64,000 nucleotides of DNA from an uncultured Acidobacteriota bacterium (GCA_963827655.1 CAWHCF010000049.1:192001-256000), one strand, 5' to 3'. Positions 18,336 to 30,350 are shown, counted from the stretch's first letter. The notes: generated by a model from the sequence alone, not told the origin. Translations and numbers: made by a program.

Positions 18336-19254
18336 ATGTCTTTTCGATACGATCTGGCTAAATTTATTCCGTTTCGCGACGTCGAAGCGCTCGAGCGCGC
18401 GCGCAGCATCATCAAGAGAACAGATTACGCAACATCCCAATCCGGATTTCAAGCTTCGCGTCATCGAGGGTTCCGCTGACTTCTATTTCAGTTTTGCGCT
18501 CGATATCGTTCTTCGGATCAAGGAAGCGCTCGAGAAAGGTCGAAAACTGGTTGTCATCCTCCCGGTTGGTCCCACTCCTCAGTATGAAATCGCGGCCATG
18601 ATGATCAATTGCTTCCGGATTTCGTGCAGGCATCTGGTGTCGTTCAATATGGACGAGTATGCGGATTCCGAGGGCAACACCCCTCCTGCAGACTGGGTGG
18701 GATCTTTCCAGCGCGCAATGATGGAAAACTTCTTCGGTAGGCTGGATGCCGAGCTTCGCCCGCCGCTGGGCCAGATCCACTTTCCTACCAAAGAAAAACT
18801 TGCCGATTACGGCAAGATGATCGCCGACCAGGGGGGTGCGGACGTTTGTTATGGCGGCATCGGCTGGTGCGGCCACATCGCTTTCTGGGAAGCCCATCTG
18901 GGCTTTGAGTTCGGCAACGATCTGGCGGCCTACAAGCAGGCCGGACCGCGATGTGTCGAACTTCATCCGATGACCATCATGCAAAATGCCCTGCATTCTT
19001 TCAGCGGCGACTGGTCTTGGGTGCCACCTAATGCAAATACAATCGGACCGGCCGAGATCCTCGGCGCCAAAGACCGCAGCTTCTGGCTGGACGGTTATCT
19101 CGGAGGCGGGGTCAGCTGGCAGCGCTTTATTGCGCGCCTGGTGGCCCATGGCCCTGTGAACACTCTGGTGCCGGGGTCGATCCTGCAGACGGTTCCGGGA
19201 ACCTATACCATCCTCGGGGGTGTGGCCGAAAACTGCGTGGTGCAGATGAAGTAA
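18336..19254 (+). CDS. Glucosamine-6-phosphate isomerase (NagB)-like protein, frameshift near 18408
   Basis: PVGPTPQY, FNMDEY and GGIGWCGHIAFWE. AAGGAG RBS and ATG at 18336 (MSFRYDLAKFIPFRD) lie in a different frame from the main ORF. Confidence 0.75.
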
Positions 19255-19397
19255 GCCAGGAAGTCAGGAGTCAGAAATCAGGAGTCAGAAGTACCGATCG
19301 AGAATCTCGTCGATTACACAGAATCGTTCCGCAGGGCGAGATCCTAGAACTTGACTGCGACTCTGCACTGATTCTGGCTTCTGACTTCCGGGCTTCC

Positions 19398-21273
19398 TTA
19401 CTTTGGCAGGCGCTCCAGGCGTGATCGAATCTCTCGCACATCGAGGGTGTTCGAGGGTGAATCCAGGAGTCTGGCGTAGGCTTCGCGCGCAGCTGCCGTG
19501 TTGCCCAGCGCCTCGAGCACCAGGCCTCGACCGTACAGACCCATATCATAGCCGGGATCTGACTGAAGCGAACGATCGAAAAAATGCAGCGCCCGGCTCA
19601 GATCCGGCATGCTGGAATAAACCATTCCCTTGGCAGCCAGGAACTCTTTGTCGGCGGGGTCTATGGCCAAGCCTCTGTCCAGGAGGCGCAGCGCCTCAGG
19701 CAGATCTCCCTGCTGGTATTTTCGGATAGCCGCCTCGAGCAGCGCGCGCATGTACCAGAACTCGCCGCGCTTCCATCGCGATTCCGGGAGAGCCAGCCGC
19801 AAAGGCCATGGGTTCAAGATCGCCTGGTCGGGTCTTGCGTAGGGTGGCGGAACCGCCTCCGGAAATCTGTTGATCCAGGGAGGTCGCCTCCAGAGAGGGT
19901 TTTCGGCTTCATTTGCCGCCCTGAGCTGTGTAGTGGCCTCCACGCGCGACAACCATAGATGGCCTGATAACTGGCTGAAGAGCGGCTCGAGACGCTCGTA
20001 TTCCACCCCGGCGCTTCGAGCCGTGATGTAGAAGGCCTGGTAGTTTATCAGCGATCCCAGTGAGTTCACGGCAATTCCCGCCGCGACGAGCGCGTACCCC
20101 GCCCGCCGCGCCCAGAGTGAATCCGACGCCGCACCGGCCAATAGCGCCAGGAAAGGCGCGATCGGAAGCAGGAGCCGGGGGCCCCAGCAGTTTCCCCCTT
20201 CGAACATATGCCATTTTGAAATCAGACCAACCTGGGCCGCTATTGCGGCCGACAGTACCACCCCCGCCCACCGCTCGGATCCTCGGATGAGTTTCCATGC
20301 CCCGATTGGAGCAATCAGCGCCATGGGGAAGAACCAGAAAATTCCCTTTCTCAGACTGAAAGTCAAGCCCTGGAGTCCTTGCAGAAAGGGCGTGGTAAAC
20401 GATTCTTCTCGGTAACCGAATTCCGTCACGTTGCCGTACAGAAGCAGGTTCGTTGACAGGAGCGAGATAAAGGCCAGTGCGGCGGGCGCGGCAAAGAGGG
20501 CGGCTCTCAGAGACGCGTCTCGCACCGGGAGTCGCTGCCTCCATACGGCAGCCGCACCGAGGACCAGAATGGGCGCCAGGATGACCAGGGTCGCCTTGAT
20601 CAGAATCGCGTATCCGAGCGCACAACCGCCCAGCAAGACGTATCGGCGCCAATAGGCCTCCTCTTGCCTGGCTGCCAATAGACAATAAAACGAAGCGGCG
20701 ATCAGAAGCGCCTGATAGGGCTCACTCCAGTTGATCCCTGCGTAGGGCCATGCGAACGAACCCAGGGCAAAGCCGAGCGCCGGCCACCACGCGTTGTCCG
20801 ACCCGAGTCCAAGGCGCAAGGCCGCGCGCCATAGAACCGCCGTTGTTGCGGCTAGCGCCAGCACAGACGGAAAGCAAAGCATGATTTCGGACGCCAGGGT
20901 TCCGAAAACAGTGGCCATTAACCGGACCAGCGGCAGGTAAAGAGCGAGGATCAGCGGGTACCCGGGAGGATACTTGGCGTAGACTTCTCCCGATTCAGCC
21001 TGCTTTCCAAAGAACTGCCCGCCGATTCTCTTGGTCGCGAAACGGGTCGGTGCGGCGAGATCTCCAGTCTCAACCAGGTTGACCGCGCTGGTCAGCATCA
21101 GCTGGTCGTCGATATTCGTGATCGGGACGGAGCTGAACGTAAGGCAATAGACTGTTACAACGGCCGCGAGCAAAACGTATAGATTTCGTCTATCCCTCGC
21201 GTTCGCCGCCACGAAGGGTGGCAAGAACCGAGCGTTTCTTCCTGGGAGGCTTCTGTTTAGAACGCTTAGCCAT
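19398..21273 (-). CDS. Multi-TM GT-C-like glycosyltransferase with C-terminal TPRs
   Basis: Acidic DD after TM1, KYPPG, WSEP, WGPRLLLP and a TPR tail. Probable start at 21273 (MAKRSKQKPPRKKR) needs one frameshift. Confidence 0.6.
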
Positions 21274-21360
21274 GAGTCCCAGTATAAGACCGGAGGCAAG
21301 CTCCACATGGGGTCTTGCTTGCATCGGGGCCCAAAGGTTGCAAAACTCAGATTCTCGAAC

Positions 21361-21440
21361 AACGTCGACAGTCGTCTACGCGCACGTGCACGACCACGTC
21401 AACGTTGACGTGCACGTGCTCGTGGACGTGGTCGTAATCG
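21361..21440. repeat. Hexamer-period (ACG) palindromic repeat tract
   Basis: cacgtg-cacgac-cacgtc-aacgtt-gacgtg-cacgtg-ctcgtg-gacgtg, with a central perfect palindrome CACGTCAACGTTGACGTG. Confidence 0.75.
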
Positions 21441-21590
21441 GCTTTTGCCACGTCCGGGGGTTAGCCTAGGCGTGCCGGGCCTTCGGCCCTGTTCGCGCGA
21501 AATCTCAAAGACTGCATCACGGGTGGCATGCTATAAGTACCGCCTCAATACGATTGACGATTTACGATTGACGATTGACGAGGAAACGGC

Positions 21591-21962
21591 TTGACTTATT
21601 TACGGCCTACTCTGGTTAAACGTGTGAGTCCCACTCAAACGGATGTGACCTGGAACGACGGGCATTTCAGTTCTTATCCATCCTGGTATCTCCGTCAGAA
21701 CTGTCCTTGCGCTTCCTGCGTCGAGGAGCTTACAGGTCGGCGCAAGATTCTCGAAGGGAGTATTCCGGCGAACTTGCAGAGGCTCAATGTGGAGCCTGTG
21801 GGAAACTACGCGCTCAACTTCCAGTGGAGCGACAGTCACGGCACAGGGATTTATACCTTCGATTACCTGCGCCAGCTCTGTCCTTGCGCGGAGTGTCTCC
21901 CCGAAGGTCTTGCAGAACCTGACATCCGGGCGGGGAGAAAACCGGGTTCTTTCGAAGTATGA
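21591..21962 (+). CDS. DUF971 / gamma-butyrobetaine hydroxylase N-terminal-like protein
   Basis: WNDGH, LRQNCPCASC, VGNYAL and WSDSHGTGIYTFDYL. Confidence 0.88.
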   Translation: MTYLRPTLVKRVSPTQTDVTWNDGHFSSYPSWYLRQNCPCASCVEELTGRRKILEGSIPANLQRLNVEPVGNYALNFQWSDSHGTGIYTFDYLRQLCPCAECLPEGLAEPDIRAGRKPGSFEV

Positions 21963-21971
21963 GAAGAGACT

Positions 21972-23282
21972 TTGGATCGGGATCCTAAGCTCATCCGGGC
22001 CGTAGGTCGGTGGGATCTTACCGCTCTGGCAATTAACGGGGTAATCGGCTCGTCGATTTTTGCGCTTCCCGCCAGCGTGGCTCAGCTCACCGGGTCATGG
22101 AGCGCTTTGGCCTGCCTGATGTGCGCCGGAATCGTCCTGCTGATCGTCCTCTGCTTTGCTGAGCTTTCCAGCCTGTTTTCCGGGACGGGGGGGCCGTACC
22201 TCTACGCGCGGGAGGCTTTTGGCGACACCACGGCCTTGGTTGCAGGCTGGATGATGTGGCTTGCCCGGGTGACCGCCTATGCCGCGAATTCGAACCTCCT
22301 GGTCTCCTTCGTGGCCTATTTCGTTCCGGCGCTGAAAGAACCGGCGCCACGCGCCATTTTCTTGACCGCCACGTCGGTTTTTTTTGCCTGGGTAAACATC
22401 CGTGGCGTTCGCCAGAGCGCCTATGTGGGCGACATTCTGGCCGCGTCCAAGATGGTTCCCATGCTGGCCTTCGTGGCGATCGGAATGTTCTTCATCGACT
22501 CCCGACTTATCGATTTCGGCACAAAACCCGCATCCGGGGACTTTGGCCAGGCGGTACTGCTTTACATTTTTGCCTTCACCGGCTTTGAATTTGCAGCCAT
22601 TCCGGCCGGTGAGGCGGTCGCGCCCAAGAAGCACCTCCCGCAGGCGATGCTGTCGGCACTGGGAATTGCGGCGATCCTCTATACCGGTATCCAGATCGTC
22701 TGCCTTGGAACCTTGCCCGGGCTGGAGCGTTCCCAGACGGCCATGGCGGATGCAGGCGAGCGATTCCTGGGCTCGGTAGGGGGGCAGATCATCGCTGTTA
22801 CCGCGCTGGCTTCCATATCAGGCAATCTAAGCGGGATGGCCCTGGTCGCGCCCCGTCTGACTTATGCCCTGGGGAAAGATGGTCTGCTTCCCAGGGCTCT
22901 GGCTGCTGTCCATTCCCGTTACCACACCCCCTATGTTTCGATCGTTCTGTTCAGCAGTCTCACCCTGTTCCTGGCACTCTCCGGGACCTTCGTCGGCATG
23001 GTCAGGATAAGCTCGGTGGCACGAATCATCACGTATGCCCTGGCTTGCCTCGCGGTTCCGGTGTTGCGGCGAAAGCGCCCCGAAGATCCTGATCGATTTC
23101 GTCTTAGGGGCGGATACGCGGTCCCCGCCCTGGCGATCGGTCTCTGCCTCTGGCTTCTCGGCCAGAGCCAGCGAAGGGATGCGCTGACCGCGGGCGCGGC
23201 TCTTGCGGCAGGGTTCGTCTTATATGGCGGGACGGTGTTATGGAGGCGGTGGACGGGTACTCCGAGCGCCGGGCGTGTCTAA
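21972..23282 (+). CDS. APC-family amino acid permease
   Basis: INGVIGSSIF, GGPYLY, FAFTGFE and about 12 TM helices. Confidence 0.9.
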   Translation: MDRDPKLIRAVGRWDLTALAINGVIGSSIFALPASVAQLTGSWSALACLMCAGIVLLIVLCFAELSSLFSGTGGPYLYAREAFGDTTALVAGWMMWLARVTAYAANSNLLVSFVAYFVPALKEPAPRAIFLTATSVFFAWVNIRGVRQSAYVGDILAASKMVPMLAFVAIGMFFIDSRLIDFGTKPASGDFGQAVLLYIFAFTGFEFAAIPAGEAVAPKKHLPQAMLSALGIAAILYTGIQIVCLGTLPGLERSQTAMADAGERFLGSVGGQIIAVTALASISGNLSGMALVAPRLTYALGKDGLLPRALAAVHSRYHTPYVSIVLFSSLTLFLALSGTFVGMVRISSVARIITYALACLAVPVLRRKRPEDPDRFRLRGGYAVPALAIGLCLWLLGQSQRRDALTAGAALAAGFVLYGGTVLWRRWTGTPSAGRV

Positions 23283-23300
23283 GTACCGCCGAAGGGAAGT

Positions 23301-23520
23301 ACCGGCCGTGAGAAGCTGAGAAAAAATCAGGTCTGTGGCGCGGGTCATCCGAGACTGTCGCAAAACTCAGATTGCCCTGGTAGTGTGGCTCAGACAGTCT
23401 TCCGAGCACCCTGTGGCGACGGGCCATTGGCCCGTCGCAAGTAACGGAATCGCTATGCCTTAACCTTAAAAAGTTTAGTAGTGCCCCTCGGGAGCCGGAC
23501 GGGCTTGATGAGCCCGTCCG
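23301..23520. repeat. Cluster of REP-like elements
   Basis: 23301-23349 matches 59096-59143. Hairpins GCGACGGGCCA-T-TGGCCCGTCGC and CGGACGGGCT-tgatg-AGCCCGTCCG. Confidence 0.6.
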
Positions 23521-23861
23521 CACATGTATCGGGGGGTGTGCGCGCCGGTGGGGTGTGCAACGCGCCTTGCGCCGCGCCCGCGAATAGCCGATCTCCAGAC
23601 CCAAGCCAAGGGCCTCCCGGTCAATCGAGGGTCATTCGCTGAAGTCTTTCACACCTGAGACCGGGATCGGACGAGCCATTAACCGACTAAGTCACTCTCA
23701 GGCAATAAAATACCGCCAAGACGCAAAGTTTAAAGTACTGAGAAACTTTGCTTTGGTTCCTGCCTCTCTCTCAGAGTAAAATATGCGGTTTGTGTTCTTA
23801 GCGTCCAACCGGGAAGATTCTCTTTCAATAAAGGGAGGTTCTCTTCAACAAGGTAAGCATT

Positions 23862-26800
23862 GTGAGCGATTTTTCCAACAAGAGTGAACTTCTAGAGCAG
23901 CTGCTGGCCCAGCGCATCGCCATTATCGACGGGGCGATGGGCACCATGATCCAGCGTTACCAACTTGACGAAAAAGGCTATCGCGGGGAGCAGTTTGCGG
24001 ATTTTCCGCACGATCTCAAGGGGAATAACGACCTCCTTTCGCTGACCCAGCCCGCAATCATTGAAACTATTCACCGGCAGTACCTGGAAGCCGGTGCCGA
24101 CATCGTTGAGACCAACACGTTCAACTCGAACGGCGTCTCGATGGCTGATTACAAGATGGAGGGGCTGGTCTACGACCTCAATCTGGCAGGCGCAAAGGTG
24201 GCGCGCCGCGCTGCCGATGCCGTGATGGCGGGCGATCCCAATCGGCCTCGTTTTGTAGCCGGCGCGATGGGGCCGACGAACCGGACCGCATCGATGTCGC
24301 CGGACGTCAATAACCCGGCTTTCCGCTCGGTTTCTTACGACCAGCTGGTCAGCGCCTATCACGAACAGGTGCGCGGTCTGATGGACGGGGGCGTGGATCT
24401 GCTCATCGTTGAAACGGTCTTCGATACGCTGAATTGCAAAGCGGCGCTCTTCGCTATCGAGAACTATTTCGAGGAAAAAGGACGTCGCGTCCCGGTGATG
24501 GTTTCGGTCACCATAACCGATGCGAGTGGGCGCACTCTTTCGGGGCAGACGCTTGAGGCTTTCTGGAATTCCATATCGCATGCTCCCTTGCTGAGCGTCG
24601 GAATCAATTGCGCGCTCGGAGCCAAGGATATGCGCCCTTATATCGAGGAACTGTCGAGCCTGGCGCCGATCTTTGTCACCTGCTACCCGAATGCCGGCTT
24701 GCCCAATGCGTTCGGGGAATACGACCAATCCCCCGAGGAAATGGCGGCTCTATTGAGAGACTTTGCCGCCAACGGGTGGCTGAACGCGGTGGGCGGATGT
24801 TGCGGCACGACTCCGGCCCACATTCGAGCCATCAGCGAGGCGGTTCGCGATTTCCAGGCCCGGATTCCTGCCAGTCCCGAACCCTATACTCGCTTGAGCG
24901 GGCTCGAGCCGCTGACCATAAGACCCGACACTCTGTTCGTGAACGTCGGAGAGCGAACCAACGTTACCGGTTCACCCAGGTTCTCCAAACTGGTTCTCGG
25001 CGGAAACTATGAGGATGCGCTGCCGATTGCACGCCAGCAGGTGGAAGGCGGAGCGCAGATTGTCGATGTCAACATGGATGAGGCCATGCTCGACTCAGAA
25101 AAGGCAATGAGCACTTTTCTCAGTCTGGTTGCATCCGAACCTGACATCGCCCGCGTTCCGATCATGATCGACAGCTCTAAATGGTCGGTCATCGAGGCAG
25201 GGTTGAAGTGCGTCCAGGGCAAAGCCGTTGTGAACTCTATCAGTCTCAAAGAGGGTGAAGAGGTCTTCAGGCGCCATGCCCGGCTGGTACGGCGCTTCGG
25301 CGCCGCGGTCATCGTCATGGCTTTTGATGAAAAAGGACAGGCGGATACAGTAGAACGGAAGGTCGAAATCTGCACTCGCGCGTTCCGTATACTGACCGAA
25401 GAAGTGGGCTTTCCGCCTCAGGACATCATCTTCGACCCGAACATCCTTACGGTTGCTACTGGAATCGAGGAGCATAACCGCTACGCGGTTAATTTCATCG
25501 AGGCCACTCGGATCATCAAGGCTACCCTCCCGCTTTGCAAAGTGAGCGGCGGCGTCAGCAACATCTCTTTCTCTTTTCGCGGCAACAATCTCGTGCGCGA
25601 GGCGATGCACTCGGCGTTTCTTTATCACGCGGTCCAGGCCGGGATGGACATGGGGATCGTGAATGCCGGACAGCTGGCAGTCTACGAAGAAATCCCAAAG
25701 GATTTGCTCGAGCTGGTAGAAGATGTTCTCTTCGATCGCCGGCCTGACGCAACGGAGCGGCTCATCCGGTTTGCGGAGTCCGTCAAGCAGCGGGGAAAAG
25801 CGGAGGTGAAGGAAGACGCCTGGCGTGAAGGCACGGTCGAAGACCGCCTCTCTCACGCTCTGGTGAAGGGCATCGTTGATTTCATAGACGCAGACATCGA
25901 AGAAGCCCGGCAGAAATATGACAGGCCGCTTTCGGTAATCGAGGGCCCGCTCATGGCCGGAATGAATATCGTGGGAGATCTTTTCGGCGCCGGGAAGATG
26001 TTCCTGCCGCAGGTCGTCAAGAGCGCAAGGGTAATGAAGAAGGCCGTTGCCTACCTCCTTCCCTTCATGGAAGCCGAAAAGCAAGCTTCAGGCGGCGGGC
26101 AGGCGCAAGGAAAGATCGTCCTGGCCACAGTCAAGGGCGACGTGCACGATATCGGCAAGAATATTGTCGGTGTGGTGCTTGCTTGTAACAATTACCAGAT
26201 CATCGATCTTGGTGTCATGGTGCCCTGCGAGAAGATACTGAACACGGCTCGTGAAGAAGGGGCGCACATGATCGGCCTGAGCGGATTGATAACACCCTCG
26301 CTCGACGAGATGGTGCATGTGGCGCGTGAAATGGGACGTCAGGGGTTCAAGATTCCCCTCCTGATCGGCGGAGCCACCACAAGCCGGATCCACACGGCGG
26401 TCAAGATTGCCCCAGCCTACCAGGAACCGGTCGTGCATGTGCTCGATGCTTCACGCGCCGTCGGGGTGGTTGGGAAACTGATCAATCCGGAATTGAAAGT
26501 CGAGCTTGCCGCAAGGAATCAGCAAGAACAAGAACGGGCCCGCGAACAACATCTGGGACAAAAAGCGCAGCGGGCTCTCCTGAAGATCGAGGAGGCTCGC
26601 GCTCGAAAACCGCGGCTCGATTGGAACAGGACCGACGTGCCCAGGCCGGCTTTTACGGGGGTGCGCGCTTTGGACCGGTTTCCGCTTCAGGACATCGCTC
26701 GCATGATCGATTGGACTCCATTTTTCCACACCTGGGAACTGCGGGGACGGTATCCTCAGATTTTTGACGATCCGACTGTGGGCAGCAAGGCGAGGGAACT

Positions 26801-27584
26801 ATTCGACGACGCCCAGAAACTGTTGGATCAAATCGTGAGTCAAAAATTGCTCACCGCAAGGGGAGTCTACGGTTTCTTCCCGGCCAACAGTGTGGGAGAC
26901 GACATCGAGATCTACACGGATGAATCCCGTTCGAAGGTGTTGACTGCTTTCCACACGCTGCGCCAGCAAACCGACAAGCCGGAAGGCCAGTTCAACCACG
27001 CGCTCGCGGACTTCATCGCGCCGAAATCAACCGGTATCGAGGATTACCTGGGCGGTTTCGCCGTTACCACAGGGTTCGGCGTTGAGGCGCTCTGCGAACA
27101 CTTCGAGCGAGACCACGATGACTATAACTCGATAATGACCAAGGCTCTTGCCGACCGTCTGGCCGAGGCTTTCGCCGAGTTGCTGCACAAGCGAGCCCGC
27201 GAGGATTGGGGCTACGGTCACCAGGAAAAGTTGAGCCTTGAAGACTTGATCAGGGAGCGCTATCGGGGCATCCGTCCGGCGCCCGGCTATCCCGCTTGTC
27301 CCGACCACACTGAAAAGCGACTTTTGTTTGACCTGCTTGAGGTGGAGCAAAACGCCGGCATCTATCTCACCGAGACCTGCGCAATGTATCCTGCCAGCTC
27401 GGTCAGCGGCCTCTATTTCGCGCATCCTGACGCCACCTATTTCGCGGTGGGTAAGATCGGTCGCGACCAGGTCGCCGACTATCAACGCCGCAAGGGCATG
27501 GACCTTCGAACCATTGAGCGCTGGTTGGCGCCCAACCTTGCCTACGATCCGGAAGAGGTCGAAGTGGTGGCCACCAGGAGCTAG
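23862..27584 (+). CDS. metH: Cobalamin-dependent methionine synthase
   Basis: [33 protein letters not shown] and [12 protein letters not shown]; 1240 aa. Confidence 0.98.
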   Translation: MSDFSNKSELLEQLLAQRIAIIDGAMGTMIQRYQLDEKGYRGEQFADFPHDLKGNNDLLSLTQPAIIETIHRQYLEAGADIVETNTFNSNGVSMADYKMEGLVYDLNLAGAKVARRAADAVMAGDPNRPRFVAGAMGPTNRTASMSPDVNNPAFRSVSYDQLVSAYHEQVRGLMDGGVDLLIVETVFDTLNCKAALFAIENYFEEKGRRVPVMVSVTITDASGRTLSGQTLEAFWNSISHAPLLSVGINCALGAKDMRPYIEELSSLAPIFVTCYPNAGLPNAFGEYDQSPEEMAALLRDFAANGWLNAVGGCCGTTPAHIRAISEAVRDFQARIPASPEPYTRLSGLEPLTIRPDTLFVNVGERTNVTGSPRFSKLVLGGNYEDALPIARQQVEGGAQIVDVNMDEAMLDSEKAMSTFLSLVASEPDIARVPIMIDSSKWSVIEAGLKCVQGKAVVNSISLKEGEEVFRRHARLVRRFGAAVIVMAFDEKGQADTVERKVEICTRAFRILTEEVGFPPQDIIFDPNILTVATGIEEHNRYAVNFIEATRIIKATLPLCKVSGGVSNISFSFRGNNLVREAMHSAFLYHAVQAGMDMGIVNAGQLAVYEEIPKDLLELVEDVLFDRRPDATERLIRFAESVKQRGKAEVKEDAWREGTVEDRLSHALVKGIVDFIDADIEEARQKYDRPLSVIEGPLMAGMNIVGDLFGAGKMFLPQVVKSARVMKKAVAYLLPFMEAEKQASGGGQAQGKIVLATVKGDVHDIGKNIVGVVLACNNYQIIDLGVMVPCEKILNTAREEGAHMIGLSGLITPSLDEMVHVAREMGRQGFKIPLLIGGATTSRIHTAVKIAPAYQEPVVHVLDASRAVGVVGKLINPELKVELAARNQQEQERAREQHLGQKAQRALLKIEEARARKPRLDWNRTDVPRPAFTGVRALDRFPLQDIARMIDWTPFFHTWELRGRYPQIFDDPTVGSKARELFDDAQKLLDQIVSQKLLTARGVYGFFPANSVGDDIEIYTDESRSKVLTAFHTLRQQTDKPEGQFNHALADFIAPKSTGIEDYLGGFAVTTGFGVEALCEHFERDHDDYNSIMTKALADRLAEAFAELLHKRAREDWGYGHQEKLSLEDLIRERYRGIRPAPGYPACPDHTEKRLLFDLLEVEQNAGIYLTETCAMYPASSVSGLYFAHPDATYFAVGKIGRDQVADYQRRKGMDLRTIERWLAPNLAYDPEEVEVVATRS

Positions 27585-27627
27585 GATTCAGGATCTAGGA
27601 TTCTAGATGCTAATCCTGAATCCTGTT

Positions 27628-29046
27628 CTAGAGTCGCTGTAGCGTCAGGACGATGTAGTAGCCCATGAAGAGCATGATGATCGCCGTTGCCAGCCACACG
27701 GCGACCTTGATGAAAGGCGGAGGCAAGATTTCCTTGGGCAGATGCCGAGTCAAGAGGTAGACCGTGGCGGCGCCAATGACCGGAAGCATGAACGACTGGG
27801 CCAGTCCGCCCGCGACCACCATCTTCACCGGAGATCTGAGAAATAGATAGAGGATCACCGGGACCACGGTTAGAAAGACGATCAGCCACCGGCGGTACTG
27901 GACGCGCCGTGCATAGTCATCGGCCTCAAAAAACCCCATCAGGCGGAACATATCGGCGAAAACGCGGGAGTTGGCGGCTGTCGCCGCAAAAATAGTTCCA
28001 TAGAGCGTGGCGATGGCTCCGGCATAGAACAGCCACAACGACCAGGCCCCTAGCGTCTGAGTATAGATGTTGGAAAGCACGGGGATCATGTCGTCGGCGG
28101 CTGGGACTTGCCCCATGCCGTGCAGTATGCCGGCTCCGAGGAAATAGAACGCAATGGTCGCGACCGTGTAGATCACCATCGATGCGATAATGTCGATGTG
28201 CATCACGCGGATCCAGCCCCTCGCCCGGCGGAGCCATGCCGGTGTCAGGTCCCGTTTGCCGCTGAAGCGGGCGTACCCTTTTTCGACGCACCAGTAGGGG
28301 TACATGAAAAGTTCCGATGCCCCGACACCCGTAATCCCGAACACGGCTACCGCCGTTGCGAATCCTTCTCCCGGCAGCCGAAATTTGAATCCTTCAAAAA
28401 CATCCTTCCAGGAGAAATACTGAGGCATTCGAGTCAGCACAATGGCGGCAAGAAAGGTCAGGGTGGTAAAGAACCCGACCTTCACCAACGCGAGGCGCTC
28501 AATTCTCTCGTAGCCGCCTCCGAGTAGCAGAAATAGAGTAAGAATCAAGAAGACGAACACCCACGCATTCACCGGCAGGATCGGCAAAAGTAAATTCATT
28601 ACCTGGGCGACCCCGCCGAACATCGCCCCGACCTGCAGCAGCGTCATCAAGACCATCAGCGCCCAGGACCAGACCACCCAGTTTACCTTCCAGCGCGGAC
28701 CGGGAACCCGGTTGAAACCCTCGAGCCCCGTCTCTCCGGTGGCGATCACGTAACGTCCCATTTCCGCCTGGATGGCAGGCTTGATAAGACAACTTAAAAC
28801 GATCACCCAGAGAGCCGCGTAACCAACCTGCGCGCCCAGAGTCGTCGTAGCGATTAGCTCGCCCGAGCCGACGATGGAAGAGGCCAGAATCATCCCCGGA
28901 CCGATCCGGCGCAGAGCCGCAAGAGTGGACTTGGGTGCGTCGGCTATATCCTCCTGACGAAGCTGGTAAGGATCCGCTGCGCCGGAGGAAACGGGCGAGG
29001 TTTGATGGGGGCTGACTGGAACTTGCCGGGGATTGGGCTCGCGCAT
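27628..29046 (-). CDS. Nramp-superfamily (MntH/YcsG-like) transporter
   Basis: IGPGMILASSIVGSGEL motif and about 11 TM helices. Confidence 0.8.
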   Translation of the reverse strand: MREPNPRQVPVSPHQTSPVSSGAADPYQLRQEDIADAPKSTLAALRRIGPGMILASSIVGSGELIATTTLGAQVGYAALWVIVLSCLIKPAIQAEMGRYVIATGETGLEGFNRVPGPRWKVNWVVWSWALMVLMTLLQVGAMFGGVAQVMNLLLPILPVNAWVFVFLILTLFLLLGGGYERIERLALVKVGFFTTLTFLAAIVLTRMPQYFSWKDVFEGFKFRLPGEGFATAVAVFGITGVGASELFMYPYWCVEKGYARFSGKRDLTPAWLRRARGWIRVMHIDIIASMVIYTVATIAFYFLGAGILHGMGQVPAADDMIPVLSNIYTQTLGAWSLWLFYAGAIATLYGTIFAATAANSRVFADMFRLMGFFEADDYARRVQYRRWLIVFLTVVPVILYLFLRSPVKMVVAGGLAQSFMLPVIGAATVYLLTRHLPKEILPPPFIKVAVWLATAIIMLFMGYYIVLTLQRL

Positions 29047-29072
29047 GATTCTCTCGGGTTTCCTTTGTCCTA

Positions 29073-29223
29073 GGGCTCGCGCAGAAATAACTTCGCATTC
29101 TGGCGCGAGAGTCGGTGATCAATTTTGAACCTGTTTTCTCTTGGCTGCGTAGTCTGGCACCCTCTGGATCGCGCCCCTTCGGGCTGCGGGCCTGCAGGAG
29201 AATGTGAGTTTCTGCGCGAACCC
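29073..29223 (+). mobile_element. MITE copy 1
   Basis: Terminal inverted repeats GGGCTCGCGCAGAAA...TTTCTGCGCGAACCC. Internal GGATCGCGCCCCTTCGGGC is shared with copies 2 and 3. Confidence 0.75.
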
Positions 29224-29249
29224 CTCAGGGTTTTCGCGGGTGAACAGCG

Positions 29250-30092
29250 TCAAAGCGACTGAAGAAAGTCTCGCAAACGGGCGATGTAATCTCCTCCTGC
29301 CACCCAGGGCAGGTCATTATGGCCTGCGCCGGGCACTTCATAGAACTGTTTTGGAGGCTGAGCCAGGTCGTACAACTTTTTTCCCATGCGAAAAGGGACA
29401 ATTTCGTCCCGGTTACCGTGGATGATCAATTTCGGACAGCGTATGCCTGCGATCTTGGCCACGGAATCGAAGTGGACTCGTGCGATGGGTTGCAGAAGTC
29501 CAATCGGAAGGATCGTCTTCGCCATGTCCCAAGCGGTGGTGAAAGGGGATTGCAGGATCAACCCTGTTACGGGCGCTCTCGAGGCGAGATCCACCGCCAC
29601 CGATCCGCCAATCGATTCTCCGACCAGGACCAGTTTTTCCCCCGAGGCTGCCCGCTCTCGCGTCCACCATTCATAGGCAGCGCGCGCATCCCGATACAAA
29701 CCTTCTTCGAAAGGCTGCCCTTCGCTCTTGCCGTAACCGCGATAGTCGATGATCAAGACATGACCGGCCGCCTCATGGAGCATTTTGATCCAGTGCACCC
29801 TATGACTGATGTTCCCTGCGTTCCCATGAAAAACCAACAGGGTACTCCGGGATTTCGGATGAGGGACGAACCAGCCGTGAAGTCTCACTTTATCCTCGGT
29901 AACCAGGAAGATGTCCTGGTAGTGAAGCCCTACCATCGATGGACTGGTGTCGACGTCCTTCGTGGGATAGTAGACGAATAAGCGTTCCAGCGCCCTCGTT
30001 GTCATGGAAACTATTATCACGAACAGTAATAGTCCGGTAAAGAGCCAGTGCCTCCTTAGAAATATGACGGCAGCATTCCAGGTCAGGGTCAT
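29250..30092 (-). CDS. Alpha/beta hydrolase (Bem46/YfhR-like)
   Basis: FHGNAGN, DYRGYGKS, GESIGG, HGNRDEIVP and GAGHND. Confidence 0.9.
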   Translation of the reverse strand: MTLTWNAAVIFLRRHWLFTGLLLFVIIVSMTTRALERLFVYYPTKDVDTSPSMVGLHYQDIFLVTEDKVRLHGWFVPHPKSRSTLLVFHGNAGNISHRVHWIKMLHEAAGHVLIIDYRGYGKSEGQPFEEGLYRDARAAYEWWTRERAASGEKLVLVGESIGGSVAVDLASRAPVTGLILQSPFTTAWDMAKTILPIGLLQPIARVHFDSVAKIAGIRCPKLIIHGNRDEIVPFRMGKKLYDLAQPPKQFYEVPGAGHNDLPWVAGGDYIARLRDFLQSL

Positions 30093-30210
30093 GTCGCGTC
30101 CAGAGAGTCGATTCTAGCACCTCTTTGCTCACCATGGTCGCCAGTCGGCAATTTCCGGAATCCTCGATCAGATCAATCATTAGGCGTGAAGAACGTCAAT
30201 CAAGCAAACC

Positions 30211-30223
30211 GGGAAAATTTCCC
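30211..30223. promoter_or_regulatory. Palindrome GGGAAA-A-TTTCCC, putative enhancer (bEBP site)
   Basis: Perfect 6-1-6 palindrome about 130 bp upstream of a sigma54 motif; it recurs at 36095. Confidence 0.55.
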
Positions 30224-30350
30224 GCCGTCTGATTTACGCCCCATCCATCATCTCTGACAGCTGTTCCTCTTGTCGGCGCACCCGCAATTTGTTGCTGAGT
30301 ATCGGAGAACACCTGGTCACCACGCTTCGAGAACGACCCATTCTTTGAAC

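Noticed and set aside
23283-23861. SAM, SAH, cobalamin or glycine riboswitch upstream of metH
   Set aside because: No complete consensus is visible. Glycine-like fragments (CGCCGAAGG at about 23287, CTCTCAGG at about 23695) are about 400 nt apart, and the first borders a dispersed repeat.
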